Assembly (NCBI GenBank): GCA_963771465.1
Contig: CAVYTU010000006.1
Location: 64,001 to 128,000, forward strand
DNA length: 64,000 bases
Source of the DNA: an uncultured delta proteobacterium
GTDB taxonomy: Bacteria; Desulfobacterota; Binatia; UBA9968
Direction: 5' to 3'
In this document: positions 30,463-40,257 of the stretch, piece after piece
Layout of the letters: every line of letters starts with the position of its first letter
Numbering within the stretch: position 1 is the stretch's first letter
The notes under the pieces: generated by a model
The model's database searches: none
Told to the model about the DNA's origin: nothing
Seen by the model: only the letters and a program-made list of their open reading frames with translations
Position numbers and translations under genes: made by a program

Positions 30463-31599
30463 CTATTTTTTGCCGACGGTTTCGGCCTTGGGAAAACCAT
30501 ATGCTTCAACGACCAGCCGCAGATACTCTTGCATCTTGGTATAGTGACGCCAGTCCACCAAAGAAATCTTCTTTGTCCGCGCCACCTGAAAAGCCGTCGT
30601 TCCGGGAGAGAAAACCGAACCCTTATAGCCTGCTTCGATAAGCTTTTGCGCTTCCGGGTTGGCAACGAACTCCAACCACAACAAAGCGGCGTAGGGAGAA
30701 TCGGCCTTTTGGAACACTGCCTCGGCGTCGCCAATCCGGATTGGAATGGGCTCGACCATTTTGTAACCGAGTACGCCGGCGACGTCCTTGCTCATGAAAC
30801 TCTTTGTGCCCGTTAGATTCGCGCCCAAGTAGACGCCGTGCTCCCCGGTAGAAAGCGACGCGAGGGCGCGCGAATGTCCGCCGACCCAGACAGGGTTTTG
30901 CGCGGAAATCTTCTTGGCAAACGCCAAAGTCTTTTCGATTCCCCAAGCCGGCACCAGAGCCGAGGTAAACTGCGGGCGGATGTCGGCGAGAAATTTTCGT
31001 CCATGAAATTCAGCCTTGAGGAATTCTTCCCATTGGCTGGGCACTTTTTCTTCGGCAAGCAGATTCTTGTTGTAGGTGACGATCATCGTGTTCGTCGTGT
31101 AGGCGACAATGTTGCGATTGACCGGATCGATCATGCCGACGGGAATCTGCAGAATGCGCTGCTGCGCCATGCCGAGAATGTCGAATCTCTTTTGATGCGG
31201 CAAATATTCGTCGTAAAAATCACCCACGATGAAGTTGACGTCCCAGCCGCGCGCCGTGCCCGCCTTCATCTCGAGAAGCATGCGCTGGTAAGTGTCGGTT
31301 CCGCCGATTTCTTCGGCGCGTAGCTCAATGAAAGGATATTTTTTCCGGAAAGCCTCGGCCACGGGCTTTAACTTTTCGCTTTCCAGTGAGGTCAAAATCC
31401 TCAGCCTGCCCTCTCGTTTCGCCTTGCTCACGATATCATCGTGACTTAGCTCAAAGGCGTAACCACTGGCCTCGGCTTCCTGCTTTGCCTTTGCGGTTGC
31501 AGAAGCTGCAGCCGCGGCGAAAACCGTGGAAGGCATCATCGACAAAATCAAAAGAAATGCGGTCAGCACGCTCCATCTCCGAAGCAACTCAACGTTCAT
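30463..31599 (-). CDS. Extracellular solute-binding protein ('AKQEAEAKGY' paralog group)
   Basis: AKAKQEAEASGY, DILGMAQQRILQIP, MIDPVNRN, YGFP. Confidence 0.88.
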   Translation of the reverse strand: MNVELLRRWSVLTAFLLILSMMPSTVFAAAAASATAKAKQEAEASGYAFELSHDDIVSKAKREGRLRILTSLESEKLKPVAEAFRKKYPFIELRAEEIGGTDTYQRMLLEMKAGTARGWDVNFIVGDFYDEYLPHQKRFDILGMAQQRILQIPVGMIDPVNRNIVAYTTNTMIVTYNKNLLAEEKVPSQWEEFLKAEFHGRKFLADIRPQFTSALVPAWGIEKTLAFAKKISAQNPVWVGGHSRALASLSTGEHGVYLGANLTGTKSFMSKDVAGVLGYKMVEPIPIRIGDAEAVFQKADSPYAALLWLEFVANPEAQKLIEAGYKGSVFSPGTTAFQVARTKKISLVDWRHYTKMQEYLRLVVEAYGFPKAETVGKK

Positions 31600-31773
31600 T
31601 ATGCGCCTCCCGGTTGGACTCGATCAAAAAAATCCTTCAACACCTGGTCTGTGGAACAATTCTCAAGGGCCTCGTCTTTGGCAGAGAAAATGTACTGGAG
31701 TCATTTCTCGCTTCAATGCGTTCCTACTCTTTATCTTTGCGGCAAGGGGTCGGGGCAGCAGCCCTTCCGCCGA

Positions 31774-31804
31774 GCTCTAACATCGCGTTCAACTTTGTGT
31801 CAAG
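31774..31804 (-). promoter_or_regulatory. Putative sigma70 promoter shared with 28363-28390
   Basis: Minus strand TTGACA-caaagttgaacgcgatgt-TAGAGC. Confidence 0.45.
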
Positions 31805-31944
31805 GCAAGGGACTACGCGGAGTCATTTATGGCAGACGAGCGGTGGAGCAGTGAGGGTGAGCAGCCAAGATCAGGCTTCGAGACATTGCACAACAGTCGA
31901 TTTGTTTTAAAAAGCGAGTGCCAAAGTTTGCATCGTGAAACTGA

Positions 31945-34227
31945 TCAATCAACTTTACCAGCCACTGCTGACGCATTTATTATAGCTGGCTCTTGTTTGT
32001 CGTCATTACGCACTGCGCTTAAAGATTCTGCGCTTGCAACCAAGTTACCGGCCAAATAATTGTTGATGTTCTGTTCCATGTGGGAAGGGAACTTGGGCGC
32101 GGCGCCGACTAACTTTTCACGATACACTCGGAGCATGAGCTCTTTGAAAACCGGCAATGCGAGTCGGCCGCCAGTTTCATTGGGGCCCAGCGAGCGATTA
32201 TCGTCAAAGCCGATGCGTACGGCGATAGTAATTCCCTCGGGACCGTAAGTTGAGCCGACAAATAGCGCATCTCTGAACTCGTTAGTGGTCCCCGTCTTGC
32301 CCATAACCGCGATGGGAAAATCGCCGGATGCAAGCGTATGAGCCGTGCCGGTGGGAATGCGCACGACGCCGCGCAGGCCTTCCTGAACCAGCGCAAGCGC
32401 CGAGTCGTTGACATCGACCGTCGACCGAGCCCCACCATAATCGACCGCTGTGTCACCCGAATCGCGGACAATCTTTCGGATGACATAGGGCTCCGTAAAG
32501 ACTCCCGATGCTATGGTGCGGTAGGCATTGGCCAGCTCCAGCAAATTCATTTCCGACGCGCCCAACCCAGTCGCCAAATAGGGTTGCAATCGCGTCTTGA
32601 TCCCGAGACTCCGCGACGTTCCTAGAATAGTACCAATCCCAATCTGGTCAGTGAGCCAAATCGCGACGGTGTTTCTGGATTCGGCGAACGCCTCGCGGAG
32701 GGAAATCATTCCTCTGAATTGTTTGTCGTAGTTTGAGATCCATTTCGTTGCCCTTTTATCGCGATCCTGCACACCGATCGGTTGGTCGGGAACCACAGTC
32801 TCGAGGTCGAAGTTTCCCTGGCGAAAAGCCGCCAGATACACAAAGGGCTTCATCGTCGATCCAGGTTGGCGCAGCGCCTTGGTGACACGGTTGAAGTCGC
32901 TATATAAAGCGGAACGGTTCCGATAAATCTGCCGTCCGCCGGTCTCGGCGAGGATGCTGGCATCGCGGTTCCGTAGTACAACGACTGAACCTTGGATTAT
33001 CCCTTTAGCACCCGGATGTCGCTGCTCGTAACGCTCCAGCCCGTGCTCCAGTGCTTGGTTGGCGATGAGCTGCACGCGGGCATCGACAGTCGAGTGAATC
33101 TGGATACGCCCGTGAAAGAGATCTTCATCGGTGAATCCCGCATGCCGATCCTTGAGTTCCTGAAGGATGGTGTCAAGGACTGCCGGCGACGGAACGAGCT
33201 TGTCCTTGCGCCGCGCGATCACCTGACTGGGGAGCTGTTCGGCTAACTTTAAACGTTCGGGGGAAATGAATTCATTTGCAGACATAAGCGCTAGAGTTTG
33301 ATTCCGACGGCGTAAAACACGTTCGGTTAACTGGGCGCTGGGCGCGTAATAACGAGGCGCCTTGGCGATGCCTGCCAAAAGCGCCGCTTTGTCAGCATCG
33401 GCCGCGGTGAAAGTTTCGAGCGGGCGGCCAAAATAGTATTCCGCCGCCGCCGCGAATCCGTACTGGCCGTTGCCCATATAGATGAAGCTAGCGTAGCGCG
33501 CGAGAATCTCTTTCTTAGCGTTGCGTTTCGACCCGAAACGTTTTTGCATCTCGTCTTCGATCCACAAGGAGAGCCGAATCTCCTCGAGCTTGCGAACTAA
33601 CTTGTTGACGGTCCGCGCACCGACCATAATCGACAATGCGTATGGGAGCATGCCGCCATGCTGGAGCTGGTGGCTGTTTTCCTTGGCGGCGAGGTTTTTG
33701 AGAAAATAACCGCGCACGAGCTGTTGCGTGATCGTCGATCCGCCTTGCGGCAGAAACGCCGGACTCTCAACGTCACTTTGCGACCCGACTCCAATGAGAT
33801 TTGCCGCCATCGCTTGGATTCTGACTTTGCCCAAAATCCGAGGAATGACCGAATAGTCGACGCCGCTATGCGAGAAGAAACGTTTGTCTTCAGTGGCAAT
33901 GATCGCCCCCCGAACGATCGGCGGGATGTCGTCAAATTTGCTGATCTTGCGGTATTCATTTGCCAATTCAATGAACGGCTCGCCGTTGCCATCGTAGACG
34001 GTGCCGATGGTAGGAAATTCAAAGCGGATAAATGCTTCTATGTCAGGCAAATCCCTTCGATCAAAATAGACGTGATAAAATCCGATGACGACGACAGCCG
34101 CTACAATCGGTGTCGTGCAAATTAAGAGGTTCAAAATGGCTCTGGGCCAATCTTGCGTCGTAAATCGCGCAATCCGTATCCTCCGAGCCGCCACCAGAGC
34201 TCTATTGGTTTTTGAAACTCCGTCCAT
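31945..34227 (-). CDS. Class A penicillin-binding protein (PBP1A-like transglycosylase/transpeptidase)
   Basis: EDKRFFSHSGVD, GGSTITQQL, RKLEE, RQPGSTMK (SxxK), SRN (SxN), KTGT. Confidence 0.93.
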   Translation of the reverse strand: MDGVSKTNRALVAARRIRIARFTTQDWPRAILNLLICTTPIVAAVVVIGFYHVYFDRRDLPDIEAFIRFEFPTIGTVYDGNGEPFIELANEYRKISKFDDIPPIVRGAIIATEDKRFFSHSGVDYSVIPRILGKVRIQAMAANLIGVGSQSDVESPAFLPQGGSTITQQLVRGYFLKNLAAKENSHQLQHGGMLPYALSIMVGARTVNKLVRKLEEIRLSLWIEDEMQKRFGSKRNAKKEILARYASFIYMGNGQYGFAAAAEYYFGRPLETFTAADADKAALLAGIAKAPRYYAPSAQLTERVLRRRNQTLALMSANEFISPERLKLAEQLPSQVIARRKDKLVPSPAVLDTILQELKDRHAGFTDEDLFHGRIQIHSTVDARVQLIANQALEHGLERYEQRHPGAKGIIQGSVVVLRNRDASILAETGGRQIYRNRSALYSDFNRVTKALRQPGSTMKPFVYLAAFRQGNFDLETVVPDQPIGVQDRDKRATKWISNYDKQFRGMISLREAFAESRNTVAIWLTDQIGIGTILGTSRSLGIKTRLQPYLATGLGASEMNLLELANAYRTIASGVFTEPYVIRKIVRDSGDTAVDYGGARSTVDVNDSALALVQEGLRGVVRIPTGTAHTLASGDFPIAVMGKTGTTNEFRDALFVGSTYGPEGITIAVRIGFDDNRSLGPNETGGRLALPVFKELMLRVYREKLVGAAPKFPSHMEQNINNYLAGNLVASAESLSAVRNDDKQEPAIINASAVAGKVD

Positions 34228-34285
34228 TGTTTTGCATTCAATCAAACATTGAGCGTGTGATTTGCATCCTCGAACGATGAACATA

Positions 34286-34301
34286 CGCAAACCACACGCC
34301 A
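34286..34301 (-). promoter_or_regulatory. Putative sigma54 site upstream of the PBP1A-like gene
   Basis: Minus strand TGGCGT-GTGGT-TTGCG. Confidence 0.55.
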
Positions 34302-34499
34302 AAAAACTGACTGACCGTTCTCTCAGAAGTTTTGCTGGAGCGGACGTACAATTTTGAGATACTCTAAACGCGAGACCTCACAAATGAGACAGCCGGCAGC
34401 CATCGCTTCAGACGCGGCGCAGAAAATTTCGCTGGCAACGGCTTGACGCGGGCTGTGGGGTCTCGGTAAAGAACAGGTGATACATTCTTCGGAGGTTCT

Positions 34500-35117
34500 A
34501 TGGACGCTGAACGGGCAATCGAGCTTTCTTCCCAAGGGTCGGCTCTCATCATTGTCGACATGCAGACTGAAGGCTGTGAAAGGCATGGTGCCGGTGTTAA
34601 GCCGGTCATCCGGAACATTAGAGCTTTGTTGGACCGATTTCGCCAAGCCAATGGAAAGATCATCCACGTTCAATCCGTGCGAAGGAAGGATCATCCCGAA
34701 TTCACCTTCTTTGGCAAAAAGTACTCGCTCATCGAGGACAGCCCGGCGGTTGAGTTTGTCGAGGAGCTTAAACCGGCTGCTGATGAGGTCGTCGTAAAAA
34801 AGTATTCCCATGACTGCTTCTATCAGACTTCCATGGAAGATCAGCTAAGGAAATTCGATCTACGGCCTTGTCGAGATTCTATCGTCGTCACTGGAATCGG
34901 CTCAAACAATTGCGTCTATCACGCGGTCATCGGATTTCACATAAGAAACTACCTCGTCTACGTGCCGCAGGATTGTATCCATGCCAGCCGGGCCGAGGGT
35001 CAGCAATTTGCTCTGAGCCAATTTCGCTCGCCCGCGTATAATTTCAACGTGAGTGTGACTCGGTCTGCAGACATCAAGCTCGGCGCCGAGCTCAAGCGGG
35101 CCGCCGTAAACAGCTAG
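34500..35117 (+). CDS. Isochorismatase-family cysteine hydrolase
   Basis: ALIIVDMQ (Asp), VVKKYSHDCF (Lys), TGIGSNNCV (Cys) catalytic triad. Confidence 0.9.
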   Translation: MDAERAIELSSQGSALIIVDMQTEGCERHGAGVKPVIRNIRALLDRFRQANGKIIHVQSVRRKDHPEFTFFGKKYSLIEDSPAVEFVEELKPAADEVVVKKYSHDCFYQTSMEDQLRKFDLRPCRDSIVVTGIGSNNCVYHAVIGFHIRNYLVYVPQDCIHASRAEGQQFALSQFRSPAYNFNVSVTRSADIKLGAELKRAAVNS

Positions 35118-35210
35118 CTGCTGCCGGTTAACGACGAACGTTGTTGCTCAATCCCGCCGCTGACGAAGGATTTTTCAATTCACACTGAACTCCGGTGACG
35201 AGGTAGGACG

Positions 35211-36320
35211 ATGAAATTTTTCTTGATTATTTTTCTTAGCGTGACATTGGGTTGGGAGATTTTGCCCATCGGTGCGGCCGACGCGCCGTTGACGACAAAA
35301 GCCAAACCGGTGGCGCAGGCGAAAGGTTATGTGTCCGTCGGCAACCACAACGACTTGGTGGAGAAGGCCAAGCAGGAGCGAAATTTGCGCATCCTGGTCA
35401 ACATGGACCCGGCCACGCTAAAGGTTGCGGCTAAGGCTTTCAATCAGCGCTACCCGTTCATCAACCTGCATGCTCAGGAAATTACCGGAACCGACATGGT
35501 CCAGCGCAACGTCTTGGAGATCAAAAGCGGACGGGCACGGGAATGGGATATCATTTATCCGAGCAGAGACTTGTACAGCGAGTACCAGCCCTATCTATGG
35601 AAGATCGATCTTCTGCACATGGCCGAGCGCGGCGTCTTACAAATTCCGGGGGCGATGATCGATCCAAAGAACCGCAATATTGTCGCGCCTTATACCCGGA
35701 TCATTGCCGCCGCCTATAACAAGGATGCCGTAACCGCGGAACAACTTCCCAAAACCTGGGAAGATTTCCTCAAGCCTGAATTCAAGGGGAGGAAGTTTGC
35801 GGTGGATATCGGACCACGGCCAATCGCCTGCCTCGTCCCGGCATGGGGCTTGGAAAAGACTTTGGACTTCGCGCGCAAACTCGCGGCGCAGGAACCGGTC
35901 TGGGTCCGTGGAGTCAGTCGAACGTTACCTTCCATCGTCACCGGTGAAGTACCCATGATGATGGGCACCCTACTGCATAGTGTAAAGCGAGCAGAGCTCA
36001 AGGACCGCACCGGGGTGCTGCGCCATGTCGTCCTGGAGCCGGTGCCGGTTTACCTCACTTCTGAACAGGCGATTCTGGCCACGTCCCAGAATCGACACGC
36101 AGCGATCCTCTGGTTGGAATGGATGGCTAGTTCCGAGTCGCAAAAAATTGCCGACGATCAGGAACCCATGGGATCGTCGCACCTGTTCCGCGGCGGTGGC
36201 GTCGAGCAGGAACTGCGCGGCAAAAAGCTCTCATGGGTAAACTGGGAACAACATGCAAACATGGAATCATGGATGACCAAACTGTTCGAGGCCTATGGCT
36301 TTCCCAACGCCCAGCGTTGA
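35211..36320 (+). CDS. Extracellular solute-binding protein ('AKQEAEAKGY' paralog group)
   Basis: Close paralog of 51970-53091 (LVNMD..TLK.AAK.F, EITG..M.QRNVLEIKSG, YGFP). Confidence 0.88.
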   Translation: MKFFLIIFLSVTLGWEILPIGAADAPLTTKAKPVAQAKGYVSVGNHNDLVEKAKQERNLRILVNMDPATLKVAAKAFNQRYPFINLHAQEITGTDMVQRNVLEIKSGRAREWDIIYPSRDLYSEYQPYLWKIDLLHMAERGVLQIPGAMIDPKNRNIVAPYTRIIAAAYNKDAVTAEQLPKTWEDFLKPEFKGRKFAVDIGPRPIACLVPAWGLEKTLDFARKLAAQEPVWVRGVSRTLPSIVTGEVPMMMGTLLHSVKRAELKDRTGVLRHVVLEPVPVYLTSEQAILATSQNRHAAILWLEWMASSESQKIADDQEPMGSSHLFRGGGVEQELRGKKLSWVNWEQHANMESWMTKLFEAYGFPNAQR

Positions 36321-36383
36321 GTAGAGTCCGTTGGCAACCGATGCGGGGCGCCATGTCGTGCAAAACAGTAAATCGGAGCGCGG

Positions 36384-36925
36384 CTATTTTACCCCGTAAG
36401 CGGCGTAAAGCTGGTCGATGTAGCCGCTGCGGTCGAGTTCCTGAATAAGTTTTGCGTCAATGAGACTCTCGGCTTTAAGCTCGGCCACCGCGGGATTGCG
36501 CGATTTCATCAGACGCTGCACGTTATTAAGACCTTCCACGGAAGGATAAGGCTTTCGGTCCGTGGCGTGCAGCAGGTCTTGGTAGCCTTGCTCGGCAAGC
36601 GCCGGGTCAGACACTTTCAGCCGCCGCGCGATGGTTTCGATCACCGCGGGTTTCATTCGCGGGCTCAGCGCGTAGGCGACTCCTTCCAACCACGCCTTCA
36701 AGGTGTTTCTCGCCGCGTCGGGTTGCTGGATCAGGTAACTCGCACGCACGACAATCCCGTTGCTGACGAACGGAATGTTGGTTTTCGAAAGCTCTACCAG
36801 GGTCGGAAATCCGCGCTGCTTTAAATCGCTGCTGAACGCGCTATCGACGACGGTCGCGTCTATGGTTCCCTTTTCCAACGCTTGGGTTAGCATCGTTTGG
36901 TCACCGGCAGCGACGACCTGAAAAA
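36384..36925 (-). pseudogene. 5'-truncated NitT/TauT substrate-binding protein
   Basis: Only the C-terminal half is present (GDQTMLTQALEKG..., KPYPSVEGL, ELDRSGYID); no leader or N-terminal lobe. Confidence 0.7.
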
Positions 36926-36961
36926 AGAAATCGTATCATTGCGAGAGAATCGAAGTCGCAG

Positions 36962-37050
36962 GTATTGATCCAGTCCGGCATCGCCAGCGCATTCGGTGGA
37001 ATCGTCAGGCGGTTTGCTTGACGCTTCCCTATTGATGAGTAGATCGAATT
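36962..37050 (-). pseudogene. Remnant of the C-terminus of an ABC_sub_bind (PF04392-like) SBP
   Basis: Degenerate FDLLIN../LTIPPNALAMPDWIN versus the family tail [29 protein letters not shown]. Confidence 0.5.
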
Positions 37051-37176
37051 ATTGATTTTGACCCACCGATTTCCCGATTCTTGGACGTGTCGCGGTGTGT
37101 TTTTCAAAATCGGGAAGCCTAGCCCTCAAATCGAGGAGAGAAATGGCAACAACGGACAATGATATCCAAAATGGAC

Positions 37177-37192
37177 GGGCATACCGTTTGCT
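37177..37192 (+). promoter_or_regulatory. Putative sigma54 site upstream of a CxxC microprotein
   Basis: GGGCAT-ACCGT-TTGCT, 28 bp before ATG 37221. Confidence 0.5.
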
Positions 37193-37220
37193 CCATGGTG
37201 GCGAGGAAAGGAGACAGCCC

Positions 37221-37442
37221 ATGTCCGTTAAAGCCTCTTCGCTCTCTCGAATCAAAACATTTAAAGTTGTCTGTGACCGGTGCAAACAAATCGTTGAGGG
37301 GATTCGCGGCGAAGAGTTTACCACTGGATTTTATGACATGACCACTTGGGAAGAATACCGGCGCGAGAATGAACATTACGTGTGTGTCTCGTGTATGTTC
37401 GCTGATCCTAAATACGTAGAGCGTTACGGCTCTTGCTTCTAG
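37221..37442 (+). CDS. 73-aa protein with two CxxC pairs (putative Zn finger)
   Basis: AAAGGAG RBS; CDRC...CVSC. Confidence 0.65.
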   Translation: MSVKASSLSRIKTFKVVCDRCKQIVEGIRGEEFTTGFYDMTTWEEYRRENEHYVCVSCMFADPKYVERYGSCF

Positions 37443-37584
37443 GTTTGGATATAATCACGCCCTGCACGCTTTTCACCTGCGTATTGCAACGCTCGCTTAA
37501 ATTGCTGTGATCGATGAGTTGATTCGATCTCACGCGAGATCTCTGAGAAAGAGAAATCAGTTCAATCCTGGCATCGCCGCGTGG

Positions 37585-37728
37585 TCACTTGACACTGATG
37601 CCCGCCTTCGCCAACACCTCTTCGCGGGATCGTAACCCAATCTGCTTCGCCGCTTTGAGATTGATGATGAAGTCGAATTTGATCGGCTGGTCGAAGGAAA
37701 TAGCGGCTGGTTTAACGCCGTTGAGAAA
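37585..37728 (-). pseudogene. Remnant of the C-terminus of an ABC_sub_bind (PF04392-like) SBP
   Basis: GVKPAAISFDQPIKFDFIINLKAAKQIGL matches the family tail; no upstream gene body. Confidence 0.65.
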
Positions 37729-37732
37729 TTGT

Positions 37733-38827
37733 CTACTTAGGTAAAGGGCTTGTGCTGCGCAGTACTGGCAACCCCATCTGCTGCCACAAAAGCATGCCGC
37801 CATGGAGGTTGGCTACTCGCGGAAATCCGGCGTCGCGTAGGATGACCGTGGCTTGACCTGAACGCATGCCTGCGTGGCACACCGGAATCACAGGCTTGTC
37901 CTTGGGAATTTCCGCCAGGCGGTCTTTCAGTTCGTTTAACGGGACGCATTGAGCCGTGGCTATGTGGCCCAGCCTGTCCTCCAGTTCCTCGCGTTGGCGC
38001 ACGTCGAGCACAAGGACTTCAGTGAGATGTTCGGCGACCCATTCCGGGTCGATCTCGAGCAGCCCCGCGTAGCTCCGCCGCACCGGCCCCCAATCCGCGG
38101 GTCGCGGTACTTTTTCATCCTGTGGCTTGCCGCAATGCAGATTCGCCGGCACGGCGACGTCGATCTGCTTGGGGTGCGGCAGATTCAGGTTTTCCATGAA
38201 GCCGACAAAGTCGCGCTCATCGGCATGGCCGCCGATGCGCGGATTGTGCGCACGCTCTTCGCCGACCGAAGACATGGTGCGGCCACTGTAGTCGTGGCCG
38301 GGAAAAATCAGAGAGTCGTCCGGCAGACTGAAGATCTGCTCGGTGATGGAGCGGTAGAGCGTGCTGGCGTTGCCCTGCTGGAAATCGCAGCGGCCAGCGC
38401 CTCGAATCAGCAGACAGTCGCCGGTGAACGCCATGCGGTGGTCGTCGGTCACATAGGTGATGCATCCGTCGGTGTGGCCGGGCGTAGCGCGCACTTCCAA
38501 ATACCGTGTCCCGAAGGTCACCCGATCGCCATGATCGAAGCGCAGGTCCGCCCCCTGCACCGCAGCGCAGCGCTTCGAATTCCCGATACGGCAGCCGGTC
38601 GCTTGTTGCATCAACCACGCGCCGGTCACGTGGTCGGCATGGCAGTGCGTGTCGAGCACGGCGACCAGCTTCAACCCGAGCTCCTCCAACAGCGCGTGAT
38701 CGCGGAAGTGCTGCTCGAAGACTGTGTCGATGATCACGGCCTCAAGGCTTTGAGGATCACCCACCACGTAGGTATAGGTCGACGAAGCAGCGTCGAACAG
38801 CTGGCGGAAAATAATGTTGCTGAACAT
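37733..38827 (-). CDS. Persulfide dioxygenase (ETHE1-like MBL)-rhodanese fusion
   Basis: FRQLFD..SSTYTY, THCHADH, TPGHT, GRCDFQQG, PGHDY; C-terminal rhodanese VCHAGMRS. Confidence 0.92.
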   Translation of the reverse strand: MFSNIIFRQLFDAASSTYTYVVGDPQSLEAVIIDTVFEQHFRDHALLEELGLKLVAVLDTHCHADHVTGAWLMQQATGCRIGNSKRCAAVQGADLRFDHGDRVTFGTRYLEVRATPGHTDGCITYVTDDHRMAFTGDCLLIRGAGRCDFQQGNASTLYRSITEQIFSLPDDSLIFPGHDYSGRTMSSVGEERAHNPRIGGHADERDFVGFMENLNLPHPKQIDVAVPANLHCGKPQDEKVPRPADWGPVRRSYAGLLEIDPEWVAEHLTEVLVLDVRQREELEDRLGHIATAQCVPLNELKDRLAEIPKDKPVIPVCHAGMRSGQATVILRDAGFPRVANLHGGMLLWQQMGLPVLRSTSPLPK

Positions 38828-38879
38828 GGGTAACCTCAAAAATATTCGAACACGTGAAGGCGAGCCGCCTTTTCATCAC

Positions 38880-38980
38880 GCCTAACGCTCTATTCCCAAC
38901 CGTGCAAGCAATCAAGCATCGGATAAGTCGCCAAAGAAGCAACAGGAGGATAAAACGCGTCGGATTCAACCCCCTATGGC
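38880..38980 (-). mobile_element. Integron-like junction: decayed attC left arm plus GTTAGGC core
   Basis: Minus strand after the methyltransferase stop: GCCATAGGGGGTTGAATCCGACGCG ... AGAGC-GTTAGGC, 52 bp before the PDO start. Confidence 0.45.
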
Positions 38981-38987
38981 TGTGCTC

Positions 38988-39785
38988 TCAGACAATTCCT
39001 TGAACGGCCCAGGCTCTTGCCGTCAGAGCAATAGTTCCATCCGCCGACGGCGCGAGTCGGGATTTCAATACGGTGCGAATCCTCTCTTGGGTCGGCTCAT
39101 CTAACGATGCCAGATAAGTTGGTGCCGCTCCTTGTTTGCCAAGGAACGGATCCCAATAATCATCGAAGCTTCGGAACACTGTGGGGATATCAAGCGCGCG
39201 ACACGATACCTCTCTCAACCCGATATCCCGAAATAGCCCCTGCAAAGGCTCTGGCTGGCAGATCGGAAATCGCTCAGCCTGGTCAAGCTTGGAATCATCC
39301 GGGCTTATCGCGATAGCCGCATCCCAGAAGTGCCGCATCATCTCCATGCCGCGCTCATAGTCCCACACGTATGCGGCGACTTTCCCGCCGGGCCTGGTTA
39401 CTCGTGCCATTTCGCTTGCCATAGCCTTGTGGTCTGGGACAAAGTTCAACACCAGGCCGGATACGGTTACATCGAATGTATCAGTGTCCCACGGTAAGGC
39501 TGCGGCGTCGGCTGTGTCGAACGTTACCCGAGGATCTGCGACATTCTGACGTGCTGCGGAGACAAATCCGTTGGCCTTATCGACACCGGCAATCGACTTC
39601 GGCTCACATTGCGCAAGAATACCCTCCACTAGCGCGCCAGTTCCGCAGCCAACATCGGCCCACGCGGCTCCCGCAGGCACGAAAATCCAAGCTAGAAACT
39701 CCCTGGCGACTGCGCGGCTCCAACGACCAACATATCGCTCGTAAGGGCCCGCCGATCCCCAGTTCTCTTTTGGTTTTTCGTTCAT
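38988..39785 (-). CDS. Class I SAM-dependent methyltransferase
   Basis: WADVGCGTG motif I; FDVTVSGLVLNFVPD; RVTRPGG. Confidence 0.92.
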   Translation of the reverse strand: MNEKPKENWGSAGPYERYVGRWSRAVAREFLAWIFVPAGAAWADVGCGTGALVEGILAQCEPKSIAGVDKANGFVSAARQNVADPRVTFDTADAAALPWDTDTFDVTVSGLVLNFVPDHKAMASEMARVTRPGGKVAAYVWDYERGMEMMRHFWDAAIAISPDDSKLDQAERFPICQPEPLQGLFRDIGLREVSCRALDIPTVFRSFDDYWDPFLGKQGAAPTYLASLDEPTQERIRTVLKSRLAPSADGTIALTARAWAVQGIV

Positions 39786-39805
39786 ATCTCCACGCTGTGT
39801 CATCA

Positions 39806-39831
39806 CGGTCTGCTGGAACCGGTTGTTACGC
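39806..39831 (-). mobile_element. attC left arm (R''-spacer-L'') overlapping the MAPEG stop codon
   Basis: Minus strand GCGTAAC-AACCG-GTTCCAGC-AGACCG; the TAA stop lies inside R''. Confidence 0.6.
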
Positions 39832-40257
39832 GCTTCCAGTCAGCTTGGTCAGCAGGATGCCAGTCAAGCACAGAAAGCTAACGATCTGCACGAAAAAGAA
39901 CCCGAAACGCACGGCTGCTACCGTGTTGGTCTGAACAAAACAGACGTGCACCAGCGATTGCATGATGCGGGCAACTAGAACCGCGACTGCCAGCACGTTC
40001 ACAAAGCTGCTGGCCACATTGCCAACGTGCAGCGCAAAAACAATTGCGCCAAAAACCGGCAGGTTTTCGACGCAGTTCGCGTGGGCCCGCATCGCGCGCT
40101 TGTACCAATCTGCTCCCTCAACCTGATCAGCCCGGAAGCTGCGTATCGGCATGCGTCCGGTCAGAATCCGACTCCAACGGTATACCCCGACCGTAGCGAG
40201 CAACAACAATACGGTCCAAACGGCGAATCCCACCAGCATCCACACGGGTACCGTCAT
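39826..40257 (-). CDS. MAPEG family membrane protein
   Basis: RAMRAHANCVENLPVF motif; four hydrophobic segments. Confidence 0.88.
   Translation of the reverse strand: MTVPVWMLVGFAVWTVLLLLATVGVYRWSRILTGRMPIRSFRADQVEGADWYKRAMRAHANCVENLPVFGAIVFALHVGNVASSFVNVLAVAVLVARIMQSLVHVCFVQTNTVAAVRFGFFFVQIVSFLCLTGILLTKLTGSA

Noticed and set aside
31905-31925. Sigma54 site TGGCAC on the minus strand
   Set aside because: No GC at -12 (TGGCACTCGCTTTTT).
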